Assembly (NCBI GenBank): GCA_910584155.1
Contig: CAJTYG010000001.1
Location: 29,663-93,662 of the forward strand
Source: an uncultured Christensenella sp.
GTDB taxonomy: Bacteria; Bacillota; Clostridia; Christensenellales; CAG-917
Direction: 5' to 3'
Length of the DNA: 64,000 nt
The first letter of the stretch is position 1, and each line of letters opens with the position of its first letter. The notes under the pieces are model-generated. The model was not told where the DNA came from, did not search any database, and was given only the letters and a program-made list of their open reading frames with translations. The position numbers were made by a program, and so were the translations under genes. This document shows, one piece after another, positions 1-9,737 of the stretch.

Positions 1-333
1 CGTGATGTTTGCGTCGTCGAAGCAGCGCACGACGTGCACAATCGCATCCACCTCTCTGATATGCGACAAAAACTTGTTGCCCAAGCCCTCGCCCTTGCTT
101 GCACCCTTGACAAGCCCTGCGATATCCACAAATTCAAGCGAGGTCGGGGTGATCTTTTTGCTGTTGTAAAGTGCGGCGAGCTTCTCAAGCCTCTCGTCAG
201 GCACAGCCACTACGCCTACGTTTGGCTCTATGGTGCAAAACGGATAATTTGCCGCCTGCGCCCCCGCCTTTGTTATCGCATTAAACAACGTACTTTTGCC
301 GACGTTTGGCAAACCTACTACGCCTAATTTCAT
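1..333 (-). CDS. ychF: Ribosome-binding ATPase YchF, N-terminal part (gene runs off the left edge)
   Basis: Absent from the ORF track because it is truncated. Reverse complement from ATG at 333-331 reads [49 protein letters not shown]...[38 protein letters not shown], which shows the Obg/YchF G1 (GLPNVGKS) and G3 (DIAGLV) motifs. Confidence 0.88.
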   Translation of the reverse strand, partial: MKLGVVGLPNVGKSTLFNAITKAGAQAANYPFCTIEPNVGVVAVPDERLEKLAALYNSKKITPTSLEFVDIAGLVKGASKGEGLGNKFLSHIREVDAIVHVVRCFDDANIT

Positions 334-506
334 ATAGCCTCCGCCTGCTTTCAAGATGCTTATTCTAAAAGCAGATAGTCATACATAAGTATTAATATTA
401 TAAACAATCGGGCTGCAATAGTAAAGCAAAAACATTTTGATTTTGCTTTGCGGAAGCAAACAAAATGTGCGCCGCTTGTGCGCCGCACCGTATGAGGGAC
501 AGTATT

Positions 507-1277
507 ATGACATGGTGGCAGGCTTTGATTTTGGGGCTTGTGCAAGGCGCAAGCGAGTTTTTACCGATATCGTCGTCGGGACATCTGCTTTTGCTTGAAA
601 AGCTCGGCGTAGGACAAGAGGACTTGTTTTTTAACATTATCGTGCACGTGGGCACGCTGTTTGCAGTGCTCATAGCTATGCGGAAAAGCTGGGCGCCGCT
701 TTTACGCCACCCCATACAAAAGACCACGGGCTATATCATTGCGGCTTGCGTGCCAACGGTGATACTTGCGGTGATATTCAAATATCTTGCGCCGTCGCTG
801 CTCGCAGGCAGATTTTTAGGCTTCGGATTTGTGCTGACCGCATTTCTACTCACCCTCTCTCAAAACTTTAAACCGACAGAAACGACACTTCTCAATACCA
901 AAAAGAGTATTTTAACCGGCGTTTTGCAAGGTATAGCGGTTTTACCGGGCGTATCACGCAGCGGTGCCACAATATCCGCACTCACCCTGCAGGGCGTGGA
1001 AAAATCAGAAGCGGCAAACTTCTCGTTTTTGCTGTCTATCCCCATAATCATAGGCTCCGCCATACTTGAAATCATAGAGCTTGCAAGCGGCTCATTTACC
1101 CTTTCCGTGTCCCCCGTCGCCCTTGCCGTCGGCGCAATATCGGCATTTTTATCGGGACTTATATCCATAAATTTCTTTATGAAACTGATAAAAAATCACG
1201 GTATGACAGGCTTTGCCATTTACACCGCCCTGTTGGGACTTATCGTATCTCTGCTGCCCATTTGGGGAATTTTGTAA
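507..1277 (+). CDS. uppP: Undecaprenyl-diphosphate phosphatase (BacA/UppP)
   Basis: MTWWQALILGLVQGASEFLPISSSGHLLL signature, later PGVSRSGATI motif, polytopic membrane protein. Start moved to the internal ATG (M15 of the track ORF) that begins the conserved N-terminus. Confidence 0.9.
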   Translation: MTWWQALILGLVQGASEFLPISSSGHLLLLEKLGVGQEDLFFNIIVHVGTLFAVLIAMRKSWAPLLRHPIQKTTGYIIAACVPTVILAVIFKYLAPSLLAGRFLGFGFVLTAFLLTLSQNFKPTETTLLNTKKSILTGVLQGIAVLPGVSRSGATISALTLQGVEKSEAANFSFLLSIPIIIGSAILEIIELASGSFTLSVSPVALAVGAISAFLSGLISINFFMKLIKNHGMTGFAIYTALLGLIVSLLPIWGIL

Positions 1278-1280
1278 GCA

Positions 1281-1387
1281 AAAACCGACATTGATTGCCC
1301 AATATTCCCCACGGCATATTTCACCAAAACCGACCTCAGCGTGCCAAACCTCCCCGCTCACTTACCCTTGACGGACAGACATTCCTA
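1281..1387. repeat. Isolated copy of an approximately 110-bp noncoding repeat unit
   Basis: aaaaccgacattgattgcccaatattccccacggcatatttcaccaaaaccgacctcagcgtgccaaacctccccgctcacttacccttgacggacagacattcc is near-identical to the units at 2047-2303. Confidence 0.85.
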
Positions 1388-1467
1388 AATTTATAATCCG
1401 TCAGGTTGCGCTCACTTATAAAAACGGTATAAAAAAGGACGAATATTTTACTCGTCCTTTATACTCT

Positions 1468-1740
1468 TTATTCACTGTATTTATTCTTGTCCAACACGGT
1501 TCCCGATTCGATTTCGGTTTGCTTCGTATTCTGCAAATCACCGTCTTTCATACAGAGCATGAGTATACCTGCTATTGTATTGACAAAAAGCAGAGTAAGG
1601 ATAGACATTGTTTTAAGTTCATCCACTGTAGTTGCAGTTTTCAGTTTTTTAAGAGCTAACACGCCAACTATTATGGGATAAATCAAAATACACTGTACTA
1701 CCATACCTAAAATGATAAAAACCTTTGCTGCTGTTTTCAT
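1468..1740 (-). CDS. Small membrane protein (about 2 TM helices), unknown function
   Basis: 90-aa ORF with two hydrophobic stretches (VFIILGMVVQCILIYPIIVGVLAL; ILTLLFVNTIAGILMLCM). A rho-independent terminator hairpin (aaggacga...tcgtcctt, 1436-1465) lies just downstream on the minus strand. Divergent from an XRE gene. Confidence 0.5.
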   Translation of the reverse strand: MKTAAKVFIILGMVVQCILIYPIIVGVLALKKLKTATTVDELKTMSILTLLFVNTIAGILMLCMKDGDLQNTKQTEIESGTVLDKNKYSE

Positions 1741-1805
1741 TAAATAATCCTCCTAATTGTACATATTTTGTACATTTTACATCATAATAGTACATATTCT
1801 GCACA

Positions 1806-2024
1806 ATGTCAAGTATGAAGATATGTTTAGGTAAAACTTTAAAAGAGCTACGCAAAGCAAACGGAAAAACGCAACAACAGATTGCAGATGATTTGGGTAT
1901 TTCGAGAGTCAATTACACCCGCTATGAAACGGGTGCTTCCAATCCCGATTATGAAACTTTGATAATTATAGCAGATTATTTTGACGTATCTTTGGACTAT
2001 CTGTTTGGACGCACAAGTATATAA
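1806..2024 (+). CDS. XRE/Cro-C1 family helix-turn-helix transcriptional regulator
   Basis: LGKTLKELRKANGKTQQQIADDLGISRVNYTRYETGASNPDYETLIIIADYFDVSLDYLFGR is a typical HTH_3 domain. Confidence 0.85.
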   Translation: MSSMKICLGKTLKELRKANGKTQQQIADDLGISRVNYTRYETGASNPDYETLIIIADYFDVSLDYLFGRTSI

Positions 2025-2046
2025 TTTTTTGTTAGATTATCGTTAT

Positions 2047-2303
2047 ACTTACCCTTGACGGACAGTCATTCCCACGCAAAACGAAATTGATTGCCCAATA
2101 TTCCCCACAGCATATTTCACCAAAACCGACCTCAGCGTGCCAAACCTCCCCACTCACTTACCCCCCAGCGGACAGTCATTCCCACGCAAAACTGACATTG
2201 ATTGCCCAATATTCCCCACAGCATATTTCACCAAAACCGACCTAATTGCGCCAAACCTCCCCACTCACTTACCCCCAGCGGACAGACATTCCCGCAAAAT
2301 TCC
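2047..2303. repeat. Tandem array (2 full units plus a partial one) of the approximately 110-bp repeat
   Basis: Unit starts (cttaccc..gacggacag.cattcc) at 2048, about 2157 and about 2268. Each is followed by attgattgcccaatattccccacagcatatttcaccaaaaccgacct...gccaaacctccccactca. Confidence 0.85.
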
Positions 2304-2447
2304 TTTAATAAGCAAAAAAAGAGAAACAAATCTCTCTTTAATTGCTTTGTTTTGATCTTATTTTATCCTCGAAAAAACAAAAATAATGGTTTTATGACAT
2401 TATAGTCACAATTATAACCACTGTCAACCCTATATTTATAATTTATA

Positions 2448-2675
2448 ATGTTGGGTATGATAAGCTATCAACCGTTTTGGAACACAATCAAAGAGAGAGG
2501 CATATCCACATATGCCCTTATTTCCAAATACAACATCAGCAGCGCAACAATAGACCGATTGCGCAAAAATCAAGGGATCAGCACGATGAAGATAAACGAC
2601 CTCTGCCGAATTTTAGATTGCAGGGTTGAAGATATCCTGCAATATGTGGACGAATTTCCCGAAGGTACGCTTTGA
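2448..2675 (+). CDS. Small helix-turn-helix DNA-binding protein (XRE-like)
   Basis: ISYQPFWNTIKERGISTYALISKYNISSATIDRLRKNQGISTMKINDLCRILDCRVEDIL matches the short Cro/C1-type HTH layout. The true start may be the ATG at 2457. Confidence 0.7.
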   Translation: MLGMISYQPFWNTIKERGISTYALISKYNISSATIDRLRKNQGISTMKINDLCRILDCRVEDILQYVDEFPEGTL

Positions 2676-2680
2676 AATTT

Positions 2681-2711
2681 AAAAGGACAGGCAAAACGCC
2701 TGTCCTCTTTT
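2681..2711. terminator. Bidirectional rho-independent terminator
   Basis: aggacaggc-aaaac-gcctgtcct hairpin flanked by an A-run and a T-run, between convergent genes. Confidence 0.75.
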
Positions 2712-2731
2712 ATGTTATACTTTGATTTTTC

Positions 2732-4522
2732 TTATTTGATAGGCTCGAAATCCGCAACGCCGTGCTTGCAGAGGGGGCAAACGAAGTCCTCGGGCAGCTC
2801 TTCGCCCTCATAGACGTATCCGCACACCTTGCACACCCAGCCCTTTTTGCCCTCGGTTTGAGGACGGGGCTTGACGTGTTGCTGATAGTAGTTGTATGTC
2901 ATCGTTTCGGTGGGCTCTATCACACGAGACTCGGTGACGGTGCAGACAAACATTCCGTGCGTGTCGAGGTCGATATATCTTTCCACCTTGAGGGACATAA
3001 ACGAGTTGATATATCTCGGCAAAAACACCACGCCGTTGTCCGAGCGCAGAAGCTGCTCGCTACCCGCAAATTTGTCAGTATCTCTGCCGCTGTGGAAGCC
3101 AAACTGCTCAAACACAGCAAACGGAGCGTCCGTAGATAGGCAATTTACGTTTAAAACGCCGGTCTTTTTGATGATTTCGTGCGAATAGTTTGCCTTGTTT
3201 ACGGCAACGCCTATGCGGTTTGGCGAGTTTGTAAGCTGAGTTACGGTATTGACGATAAGTCCGTTGTCCTTGTCGCCGTCCCTTGACGTGACGACGTAAA
3301 GCCCGTATCCTATCTTAAATAACGCCGTAAGGTCGTTTTTATCCGCCGCCTCGGAGCGAGCCACATAATCTCTGCAAAGCTCGGTCGCCAAAGCCTCTAT
3401 CTGCGCAACCGATTCCTCGTTGAGCGCAGACATTATGCGCACGGTGTTTTCCGCATATGTGAGGTTTTTGCTGCCCTCGAGCATACTCTTCATCACACGT
3501 GTTGCCATAGGCGCCCAACTGCCGTTTTCAATGAAAGCGACCGTTCTGTTTTGGAAGTTGCGCTCGGTGAGGTGATGTATAAACTCTTTCATAAACGGGA
3601 AGACGTCTGCATTGTATGTCGTTGTGGCAAGCACTATCTTGCTGTATTTGAATGCGTCCTCAACGGCTTCCGCCATATCGCATCTTGCGAGGTCGCAGAC
3701 GGACAGTTTTTCACAGCCCTTTTCCTCAAGCTTTTTGGCAAGCAGCTCGACCGCCTCTTTGGTGTGCCCGTAAACGGAAGTATATGCGATGACAATGCCG
3801 TCCTTCTCCGCCTGATAGGACGACCAGATGTTGTACAGATTGATATAATATCCCAAATTTTCGGTAAGCACAGGTCCGTGCAGAGGGCAGATTATTTTGA
3901 TATCCAGTCCCGCCGCCTTCTTCAACAGCGCCTGCACCTGCGCACCGTACTTGCCAACTATGCCGATATAATAGCGGCGTGCCTCGCAAGCCCATTCCTC
4001 ATCGACGTCGAGTGCGCCGAATTTGCCAAAGCCGTCCGCCGAGAAAAGCACCTTGTCTGTAGAATCGTATGTCACGATGACCTCGGGCCAATGCACCATA
4101 GGCGCAGCGACAAACGTAAGCTCATGCTTGCCCAGCGACAGCGTATCCCCCTCGCCTACGACAAGATTGCGACCTGCAAAATCCGTGCCGAAAAACTGCT
4201 CCATCATCTTAAACGCCTTTTGCGAGGACACGACTGTTGCGGCAGGATATGTGTTCATAAACTTCACGATGTTTGCCGAGTGGTCTGGCTCCATATGCTG
4301 CACGATGAGGTAGGCAGGCTTTTTGCCGCCTAAAACAGCCGCAATATTTTGCAACCACTGCTCGCCAAAGCGAGCGTCTACGGTGTCAAAGACCGCAATT
4401 TTATCGTCCAAAATCACATAGGAATTGTATGCCATTCCGTTTTCAACAACGTACTGACCTTCAAACAAATCGATATCGTGATCGTTTACGCCGACATATT
4501 TTATATCGCCAGTGATATTCAT
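2732..4522 (-). CDS. Multidomain flavodiiron protein: metallo-beta-lactamase-like diiron + flavodoxin + flavin-reductase-like + C-terminal rubredoxin
   Basis: N-terminus has the HMEPDHSAN diiron/MBL motif, followed by a flavodoxin-like segment and a flavin-reductase-like segment (LYVVTSRDGDKDNGLIVNTV). The C-terminus WVCKVCGYVYEGEELPEDFVCPLCKH is a rubredoxin CxxC...CxxC. Start set at ATG 4522, preceded by a GGAGG RBS. Confidence 0.85.
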   Translation of the reverse strand: MNITGDIKYVGVNDHDIDLFEGQYVVENGMAYNSYVILDDKIAVFDTVDARFGEQWLQNIAAVLGGKKPAYLIVQHMEPDHSANIVKFMNTYPAATVVSSQKAFKMMEQFFGTDFAGRNLVVGEGDTLSLGKHELTFVAAPMVHWPEVIVTYDSTDKVLFSADGFGKFGALDVDEEWACEARRYYIGIVGKYGAQVQALLKKAAGLDIKIICPLHGPVLTENLGYYINLYNIWSSYQAEKDGIVIAYTSVYGHTKEAVELLAKKLEEKGCEKLSVCDLARCDMAEAVEDAFKYSKIVLATTTYNADVFPFMKEFIHHLTERNFQNRTVAFIENGSWAPMATRVMKSMLEGSKNLTYAENTVRIMSALNEESVAQIEALATELCRDYVARSEAADKNDLTALFKIGYGLYVVTSRDGDKDNGLIVNTVTQLTNSPNRIGVAVNKANYSHEIIKKTGVLNVNCLSTDAPFAVFEQFGFHSGRDTDKFAGSEQLLRSDNGVVFLPRYINSFMSLKVERYIDLDTHGMFVCTVTESRVIEPTETMTYNYYQQHVKPRPQTEGKKGWVCKVCGYVYEGEELPEDFVCPLCKHGVADFEPIK

Positions 4523-4761
4523 AATGTATGCCTCCAAATTTTTTTCGCACAAAGTATATCACACAAAATTTACGTTTTCAACCGCATAAGCGCATTTAGT
4601 GTAATGTAATATTTACAATCATTTGAAAAAACAAACTTTTGTTAGCTTTTTAAATCTCTGAAGCGCAGTTAAAGCAAATGCGTATTATTGCAAAAGCCGC
4701 AGTTTATCTGCGGCTTTTAGGTGTTTAAACTTTGTTTTAGTGAATTTTTGCCGATATTATA

Positions 4762-5445
4762 TCACACGTGCAAGCGGCGTTTCAGCTCGCCGAGGTAGGA
4801 TTTGTTTGCAAACACTGCAAGTGCAACAACGTCTATCACGCCTCTGCCTGCGCAGACATACCAACCCCATGTGCAGGTTTTCAGCCACGCAAAGGATATG
4901 CCTATGCAGATGAGTGAAAGCACCGCAAGCTTTGTCAGCGACATTTCATAATCCGCTCTGCACTTTTTGTGCGCAAGGCAAAGTATCTCAAGCACGGTTT
5001 GCCACACGAGCACTGTGACGGGTGCGCCAAGCCAAAATGCCCACGGCTCTTTAAACACGTTTATCCAGCCGTTTAAATAAAACAGCAGTGCTATTATTCC
5101 AAAGAAAACCCAAGACAGAATTTTGCGCACATTATGCTTTAAAAGAAGAGGACGGGCGACGCACAGCCACGGCAGCGCAATGCCAAACATCACGTGTATA
5201 GCCCAAGACAGCGTTTTGTTTACTGCAAGGTCCACGACAATGCAAATGCCCATTGCAAGCAGTGAGATAAACACGCTCCACTTCCAGAAGCTTTCCTTTT
5301 TACTTTTATCCTGTATTTGAGGATATGCGCAGTCTGACGGCGCAGTTTCGTCATTTACGTGTGCACCGCAAAGCGGACAGTTTATAAGCGAAGTATCCAC
5401 TTCTACGCCGCATCTGCGGCAATTTTTCTTTTCTGAATTATCCAT
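4762..5445 (-). CDS. Membrane protein with N-terminal zinc ribbon (DUF6320-like)
   Basis: CRRCGVEVDTSLINCPLCGAHV zinc ribbon followed by about 5 TM helices. ATG at 5445 is preceded by an AGGAG RBS and starts right after the stop of the upstream gene. Confidence 0.65.
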   Translation of the reverse strand: MDNSEKKNCRRCGVEVDTSLINCPLCGAHVNDETAPSDCAYPQIQDKSKKESFWKWSVFISLLAMGICIVVDLAVNKTLSWAIHVMFGIALPWLCVARPLLLKHNVRKILSWVFFGIIALLFYLNGWINVFKEPWAFWLGAPVTVLVWQTVLEILCLAHKKCRADYEMSLTKLAVLSLICIGISFAWLKTCTWGWYVCAGRGVIDVVALAVFANKSYLGELKRRLHV

Positions 5446-5447
5446 AA

Positions 5448-6722
5448 TCAGCTCCTGTTGCACGACACGGTCACGTCTATGCCGTGCTCGGTGAGAATTC
5501 CAAAGACCTCTCTTTCCAAAATAGGATCCTTTGTCGAGCGTGAAAATGTTATCACTGTCGTGCCGTTAAAGGAAGCGCAGGTCATTGCGTTGCTCATATA
5601 TTTTTGCGCACCAAGCACAAATTCGAATCTATCCACATAGTCGTTCCACTCTGCGGGAGCGGTGACGTTGCCTATATTGCTGAATGCGCAGGACATAACG
5701 CTTTCGCCCATAAGGAAAAATGACATATCCATAAATATCGTCTTTAAAAAGCGGGGCGCCACACGGATAATGGGATTTTTTTCCAGCGATACGTTGGAAT
5801 TGATAAATTTTTGGCAGTAATCGGGCGTTATCTTTTCCTTTAGCTGAGAATCAAGCTCTTTTACGATATCCTCAAACGTCCAATCGGCAAACGCAAGCGT
5901 GGTATTGTAGTATCCCGCAAAGTTTCTAAGCGTTGTCGAGCCCATCATCTTCCTAAGATTTATAGGCACCTGCACTCGAATCGGCAACGGCTTTGACTTT
6001 TTCTCGTATTTCTGACGTCTTAGCAACGCATAGCTTAGCACTGCTACAAGATAGGTGTTGACGGTGCAGCCATACCGCTTTGCGGCGGCGTGTAGCTGCG
6101 AGAACGGCATGCTGCCGTGCGTCACGTTTAAAACGCCCTGCTTTTCCTTTTGACCTTTTATCTGATACGCCTTAGGCTCTGTGCGAGGAAGGGTGCCCTT
6201 GCTCTTGTCTATGCAGCGTGAAAAGGAGTCCTCAACTTCCTCGGGCACGGGGTTGTCGTCATAGTGCAGCACGTCGCCCACGTTTTGCACCGTTACGCCG
6301 CAAAGCTCGAGATATCTTAAAGTCAACGTCTTCAAAAACGTGATACAGCCCGTGCCGTCCGTGATGGAGTGAAACACCTCAACCGATATGCGGTGCGAAT
6401 GATACAGCACTCTGAACAAATAGTCCTCGCCTGTGAGCGGCATCATTGCACAGGGATAATCCGTTTCCTCTGCGACCTTTGGCGGCGTTGTCAGATACTG
6501 AAAATAGTACCAAAAGAAGCCCCGTCTGAGCGTGACCTTAAAGGACGGAAATCTGTCGATAACGTCTTCTAACGCCTGCTGAAGCAAATCGGGCTTGACC
6601 TCGTCCTTTAAAACCACCGCCATACGGAAGACGGCGTTCCAACGTGAGCTCTTTGCGGCAGGATATATCTTTGCCGCATTGTCAAGCTTAAACCATTCTC
6701 TGTCAAACATTTCATTTTTCAT
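5448..6722 (-). CDS. Condensation-domain-like / alcohol acetyltransferase-like acyltransferase
   Basis: HSITDGTG (HxxxDG catalytic motif of condensation, WS/DGAT and PapA5-type acyltransferases). Forms an operon with the zinc-ribbon membrane protein. Start uncertain (ATG 6722 or 6710; the track uses TTG 6743). Confidence 0.6.
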   Translation of the reverse strand: MKNEMFDREWFKLDNAAKIYPAAKSSRWNAVFRMAVVLKDEVKPDLLQQALEDVIDRFPSFKVTLRRGFFWYYFQYLTTPPKVAEETDYPCAMMPLTGEDYLFRVLYHSHRISVEVFHSITDGTGCITFLKTLTLRYLELCGVTVQNVGDVLHYDDNPVPEEVEDSFSRCIDKSKGTLPRTEPKAYQIKGQKEKQGVLNVTHGSMPFSQLHAAAKRYGCTVNTYLVAVLSYALLRRQKYEKKSKPLPIRVQVPINLRKMMGSTTLRNFAGYYNTTLAFADWTFEDIVKELDSQLKEKITPDYCQKFINSNVSLEKNPIIRVAPRFLKTIFMDMSFFLMGESVMSCAFSNIGNVTAPAEWNDYVDRFEFVLGAQKYMSNAMTCASFNGTTVITFSRSTKDPILEREVFGILTEHGIDVTVSCNRS

Positions 6723-6921
6723 AATGTGTTTATTATAACGCAAATATTAAGTCGCCGCAATAATATAGCGGACAAATAAGCTTAAATATTATTAAGAAAG
6801 CCGTGTTTCCAGTTTTAATACAAATATCACTTATTTGGCATTATCGCAGCTTTATCTGTCGTTTTTTGACAAATAAACCTGCCGTTTTGTCATTTGCGGA
6901 ATAAACGATTTGTAAAAATAC

Positions 6922-6955
6922 AAAAAAATGCGGCCCGCATTTTGCGGACCGCACC
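6922..6955 (-). terminator. Rho-independent terminator of the rubredoxin gene
   Basis: The minus strand reads gcggtccgca-aaa-tgcgggccgc followed by attttttt. Confidence 0.75.
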
Positions 6956-6962
6956 GTTTTCG

Positions 6963-7121
6963 TTATTCCTCAACAAACATATCTTTGCCTACAGAGCATA
7001 ACGGACATTCAAAATCATCGGGAAGATCCTCAAATTTTGTGCCGGGCGCAATGCCCAAGCTTTCGTCGCCAAGTTCCTCATCGTACGTCCAACCGCACGC
7101 TTCACATACGTATTTTGCCAT
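6963..7121 (-). CDS. Rubredoxin (52 aa)
   Basis: Missed by the ORF track (under 60 aa). Reverse complement reads [52 protein letters not shown], with the canonical CxxCG...CPxCxxxK rubredoxin motifs. Confidence 0.92.
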   Translation of the reverse strand: MAKYVCEACGWTYDEELGDESLGIAPGTKFEDLPDDFECPLCSVGKDMFVEE

Positions 7122-7138
7122 ATTCTGTTCTCCTTTTA

Positions 7139-8833
7139 TTATTTAGCGGCAGGAGTGTAAAACACCTTGCCCGCATAAGGTCTCATGATTTCCGCAAAGC
7201 TTCCGTTATAAACGGATAAAATTTCCTTTGCGCCCTTTGGAATGAATTTCTTTACACGCTTGCACGGCACGCCCTTGTCGCTGACGTTTAGTATGACCGT
7301 CAGCTTAGAGCCGTCCTCGGCTATCTTATCGTAGACAAACAGGTGTTTATCGTGCTTGAGGTGCATTTGAAATTTGCCATATATTGCCGCTTCCTTATAT
7401 TCCTTACGCAAAGCGATAAGCTTGCGATAGAAATGCAACAGCGAGTTGGGATCCTTCTCGGCGGCTTCCACGTTTACTTCCTTGTAGTTGGGGTTGACCG
7501 TAAACCACGGCTCCGTCGTACAGAAGCCTGCGTTTTTCTCTGCGGTCCACTGCACAGGAGTGCGTGCGTTGTCACGTGCGGCGTGCGGCGCTACCTTGAG
7601 GATATGCTTGTCGCTGAAGCCAAACTTTTTCATAAGGTCTCTCACGCAGAATGTCGATACGTCCTTAAACTGCGTCCACGGATCGCTGCCTTTTGGATAT
7701 TTGTCGTAGTGCAGCGAGGTCATGCCTATCTCCTGCCCTTGGTATACAAACTGCGTACCGCTCAAAAACGTGTACATCATCGCAAGGCACTTGCCGCTTT
7801 CCACACGGTACTTCTCGCTGCCGTAGCGGGTGATTATCCTTGCATGGTCGTGGTTTTCAAGATAGTTGACGTTCCACGCCCTGCCAAACAGCGTTGTCTG
7901 CCATTTTTCGTAAATCTTTTTGAGCTTGACGAGATTAAAGGGCAAATGCACCCATTCGATCATAATACAGTCTGCTTCCATATGCTGAAAAGATATCATC
8001 ATATCCAGCTCTTTTTTGTCCTCGTTGACAAATGTGAGCGCCTTTTTAGGCGTCATAAACGGCGCCTCGCCGACCTGAAATGCGTCGTAACCCTTTAATA
8101 CCTCACGGTACTCGGACAAAAACTCGTGTATATGAGGACCGCAATCGTAGTGCGACAGACCTCTTGAGGCAGGCATAAACGGACTGCCGTTTGGAAGCCC
8201 CTCCGCCTTGCTTATCTGCGTGATGACGTCCTCTCTGAAGCCGTCTACGCCCATATCGAGCCAAAAGCGCATAACGCCCTTTATCGCTTCACGCACCTTG
8301 GGATTGTCGTGGTTGAGGTCGGGCTGTTCCTTTGCATAAAGGTGCAGATAAAACTCGCCTCTTTCCTCGCAGTATTCCCAAGCGGAGCCGGGGAACGTGG
8401 ACATCCAGTTGTTCGGCGGTCTTTTGCCGTTTTTGCCCTTGCCCTTGCGCCAGATGTAAAAATCGGTGTATGGTTCCTCTCGCTTTACGCTCTTTTTAAA
8501 CCACTCGTGCTGATTTGACGTATGGTTGATAACAAGGTCCATAACTATCTTAATTCCCATAGAATGAGCCTTGTCAAGCACCTCTTTAAAATCGTCGAGG
8601 GTGCCGTATTCGGGATTTATATTGCAATAGTCCGCTATATCATAGCCATAGTCCGCCTGCGGCGAAACGTACAGCGGTGAAAACCATATGGCGTCTACGC
8701 CCAAGCTCTTGATATAATCGAGCTTGCTCAGTACGCCCTTTAAATCGCCTATACCGTCATCGTTCCCGTCACAAAACGAACGGGGCCAAATCTGGTACAT
8801 CGTCATTTCTTTAAACCATTTTCTCTCTTCCAT
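7139..8833 (-). CDS. GH13 alpha-glucosidase / oligo-1,6-glucosidase family
   Basis: [60 protein letters not shown] and ENHD are the conserved GH13 regions I-IV. Start at ATG 8833, after an AGGAGGGG RBS. Confidence 0.88.
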   Translation of the reverse strand: MEERKWFKEMTMYQIWPRSFCDGNDDGIGDLKGVLSKLDYIKSLGVDAIWFSPLYVSPQADYGYDIADYCNINPEYGTLDDFKEVLDKAHSMGIKIVMDLVINHTSNQHEWFKKSVKREEPYTDFYIWRKGKGKNGKRPPNNWMSTFPGSAWEYCEERGEFYLHLYAKEQPDLNHDNPKVREAIKGVMRFWLDMGVDGFREDVITQISKAEGLPNGSPFMPASRGLSHYDCGPHIHEFLSEYREVLKGYDAFQVGEAPFMTPKKALTFVNEDKKELDMMISFQHMEADCIMIEWVHLPFNLVKLKKIYEKWQTTLFGRAWNVNYLENHDHARIITRYGSEKYRVESGKCLAMMYTFLSGTQFVYQGQEIGMTSLHYDKYPKGSDPWTQFKDVSTFCVRDLMKKFGFSDKHILKVAPHAARDNARTPVQWTAEKNAGFCTTEPWFTVNPNYKEVNVEAAEKDPNSLLHFYRKLIALRKEYKEAAIYGKFQMHLKHDKHLFVYDKIAEDGSKLTVILNVSDKGVPCKRVKKFIPKGAKEILSVYNGSFAEIMRPYAGKVFYTPAAK

Positions 8834-9323
8834 ATCCCCTCCTGCCAAACGCACGTAGCATTTGACATATCATATATACAATAATTTTAACAGTATTACA
8901 CGGCAATTTCAAGACTAAATTTGTACAAAATGTCAAATTGTACAATAATTGGTTTACTTGTTTATTAAAAACCACTAAATATAGAAAATTTGCCTAAAAA
9001 TAAGCAAAAAAATGCATAATCGAAAAGAATTTAAGCAGCGAAATCTATTAACCACACATATATATCACTTAAAACGCAACAATGCGCCCATACCGCCAAA
9101 AACACATCAAAAAGTGCATTTTTAAATACGATTAAATTGTGAAACTATCATCAAAAAATAAGCAAAAATTTGAGAAACTTTCACCCTCAAAAAATTTGGG
9201 TGAAAGAACGCAAAATTAGCTAAAATTTGCTTAAAACTCAACACGGACAAAAAAGAAAAGTTTTTCAAAAGCCACTAAACAGCCGCAAAAGCCCCACTGT
9301 TTAGTAGGTTTTTGGCAGTTATC

Positions 9324-9339
9324 AGTTCCACGTGAAACG
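9324..9339. promoter_or_regulatory. parS-like site (14/16 match)
   Basis: AGTTCCACGTGAAACG versus the Bacillus-type parS TGTTNCACGTGAAACA. Confidence 0.6.
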
Positions 9340-9354
9340 AATTGCCACCCAAAA

Positions 9355-9370
9355 TGTTTCACGTGGAACA
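9355..9370. promoter_or_regulatory. parS site (perfect)
   Basis: TGTTTCACGTGGAACA is the reverse complement of TGTTCCACGTGAAACA. Confidence 0.85.
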
Positions 9371-9391
9371 TCGCCATGCCGCCCATTTGAA

Positions 9392-9407
9392 TGTTACACG
9401 TGAAACA
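9392..9407. promoter_or_regulatory. parS site (perfect to TGTTNCACGTGAAACA)
   Basis: TGTTACACGTGAAACA. Confidence 0.85.
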
Positions 9408-9721
9408 TCTTGGACAACCCTGTTTTAAGCCATCATAGAACTACGATTTGACAGCATCTCAAATTGCACTGTCAGATAAAAGTAAATATAGTTTGCCGTA
9501 TTATTAAATCTGAAAAGCCTATAGCCCAAATGACGATTGTCGCAAACCGCTGCCGACCACAATTTACAACTAATAAAATTTATACACCGTTGCTTTGGTG
9601 GTTATCAGCTACTTGATATATCCGACTGCATTAGAAGTACACAGAACCACAGACAGCTATGGCGCTATGTTTATGATAATGCCGCCACATCACACAGATA
9701 TTAAAGCACATTATTTAAAAA

Positions 9722-9737
9722 TGTTACACGTGAAACA
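9722..9737. promoter_or_regulatory. parS site (perfect to TGTTNCACGTGAAACA)
   Basis: TGTTACACGTGAAACA, identical to the 9392-9407 copy including the flanking aa/aT context. Confidence 0.85.

Noticed and set aside
1281-2303. Possible CRISPR array
   Set aside because: The repeat units are about 110 bp and directly abutting, with no unique spacers of 25-40 bp. No cas genes are in the window.
2137-2405. 72-aa and 67-aa ORFs reading through the 110-bp tandem repeats
   Set aside because: The translation simply mirrors the DNA repeat (PNLPTHLPP...). There is no RBS and the two ORFs overlap each other, so this was treated as noncoding repeat.
3551-4333. 260-aa plus-strand ORF (and neighbours 2762-3139, 4023-4313) inside the flavodiiron gene
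   Set aside because: It is antisense to a gene with clear conserved motifs. The Arg/Cys/His-rich, low-complexity translation is typical of shadow ORFs in GC-richer coding DNA.
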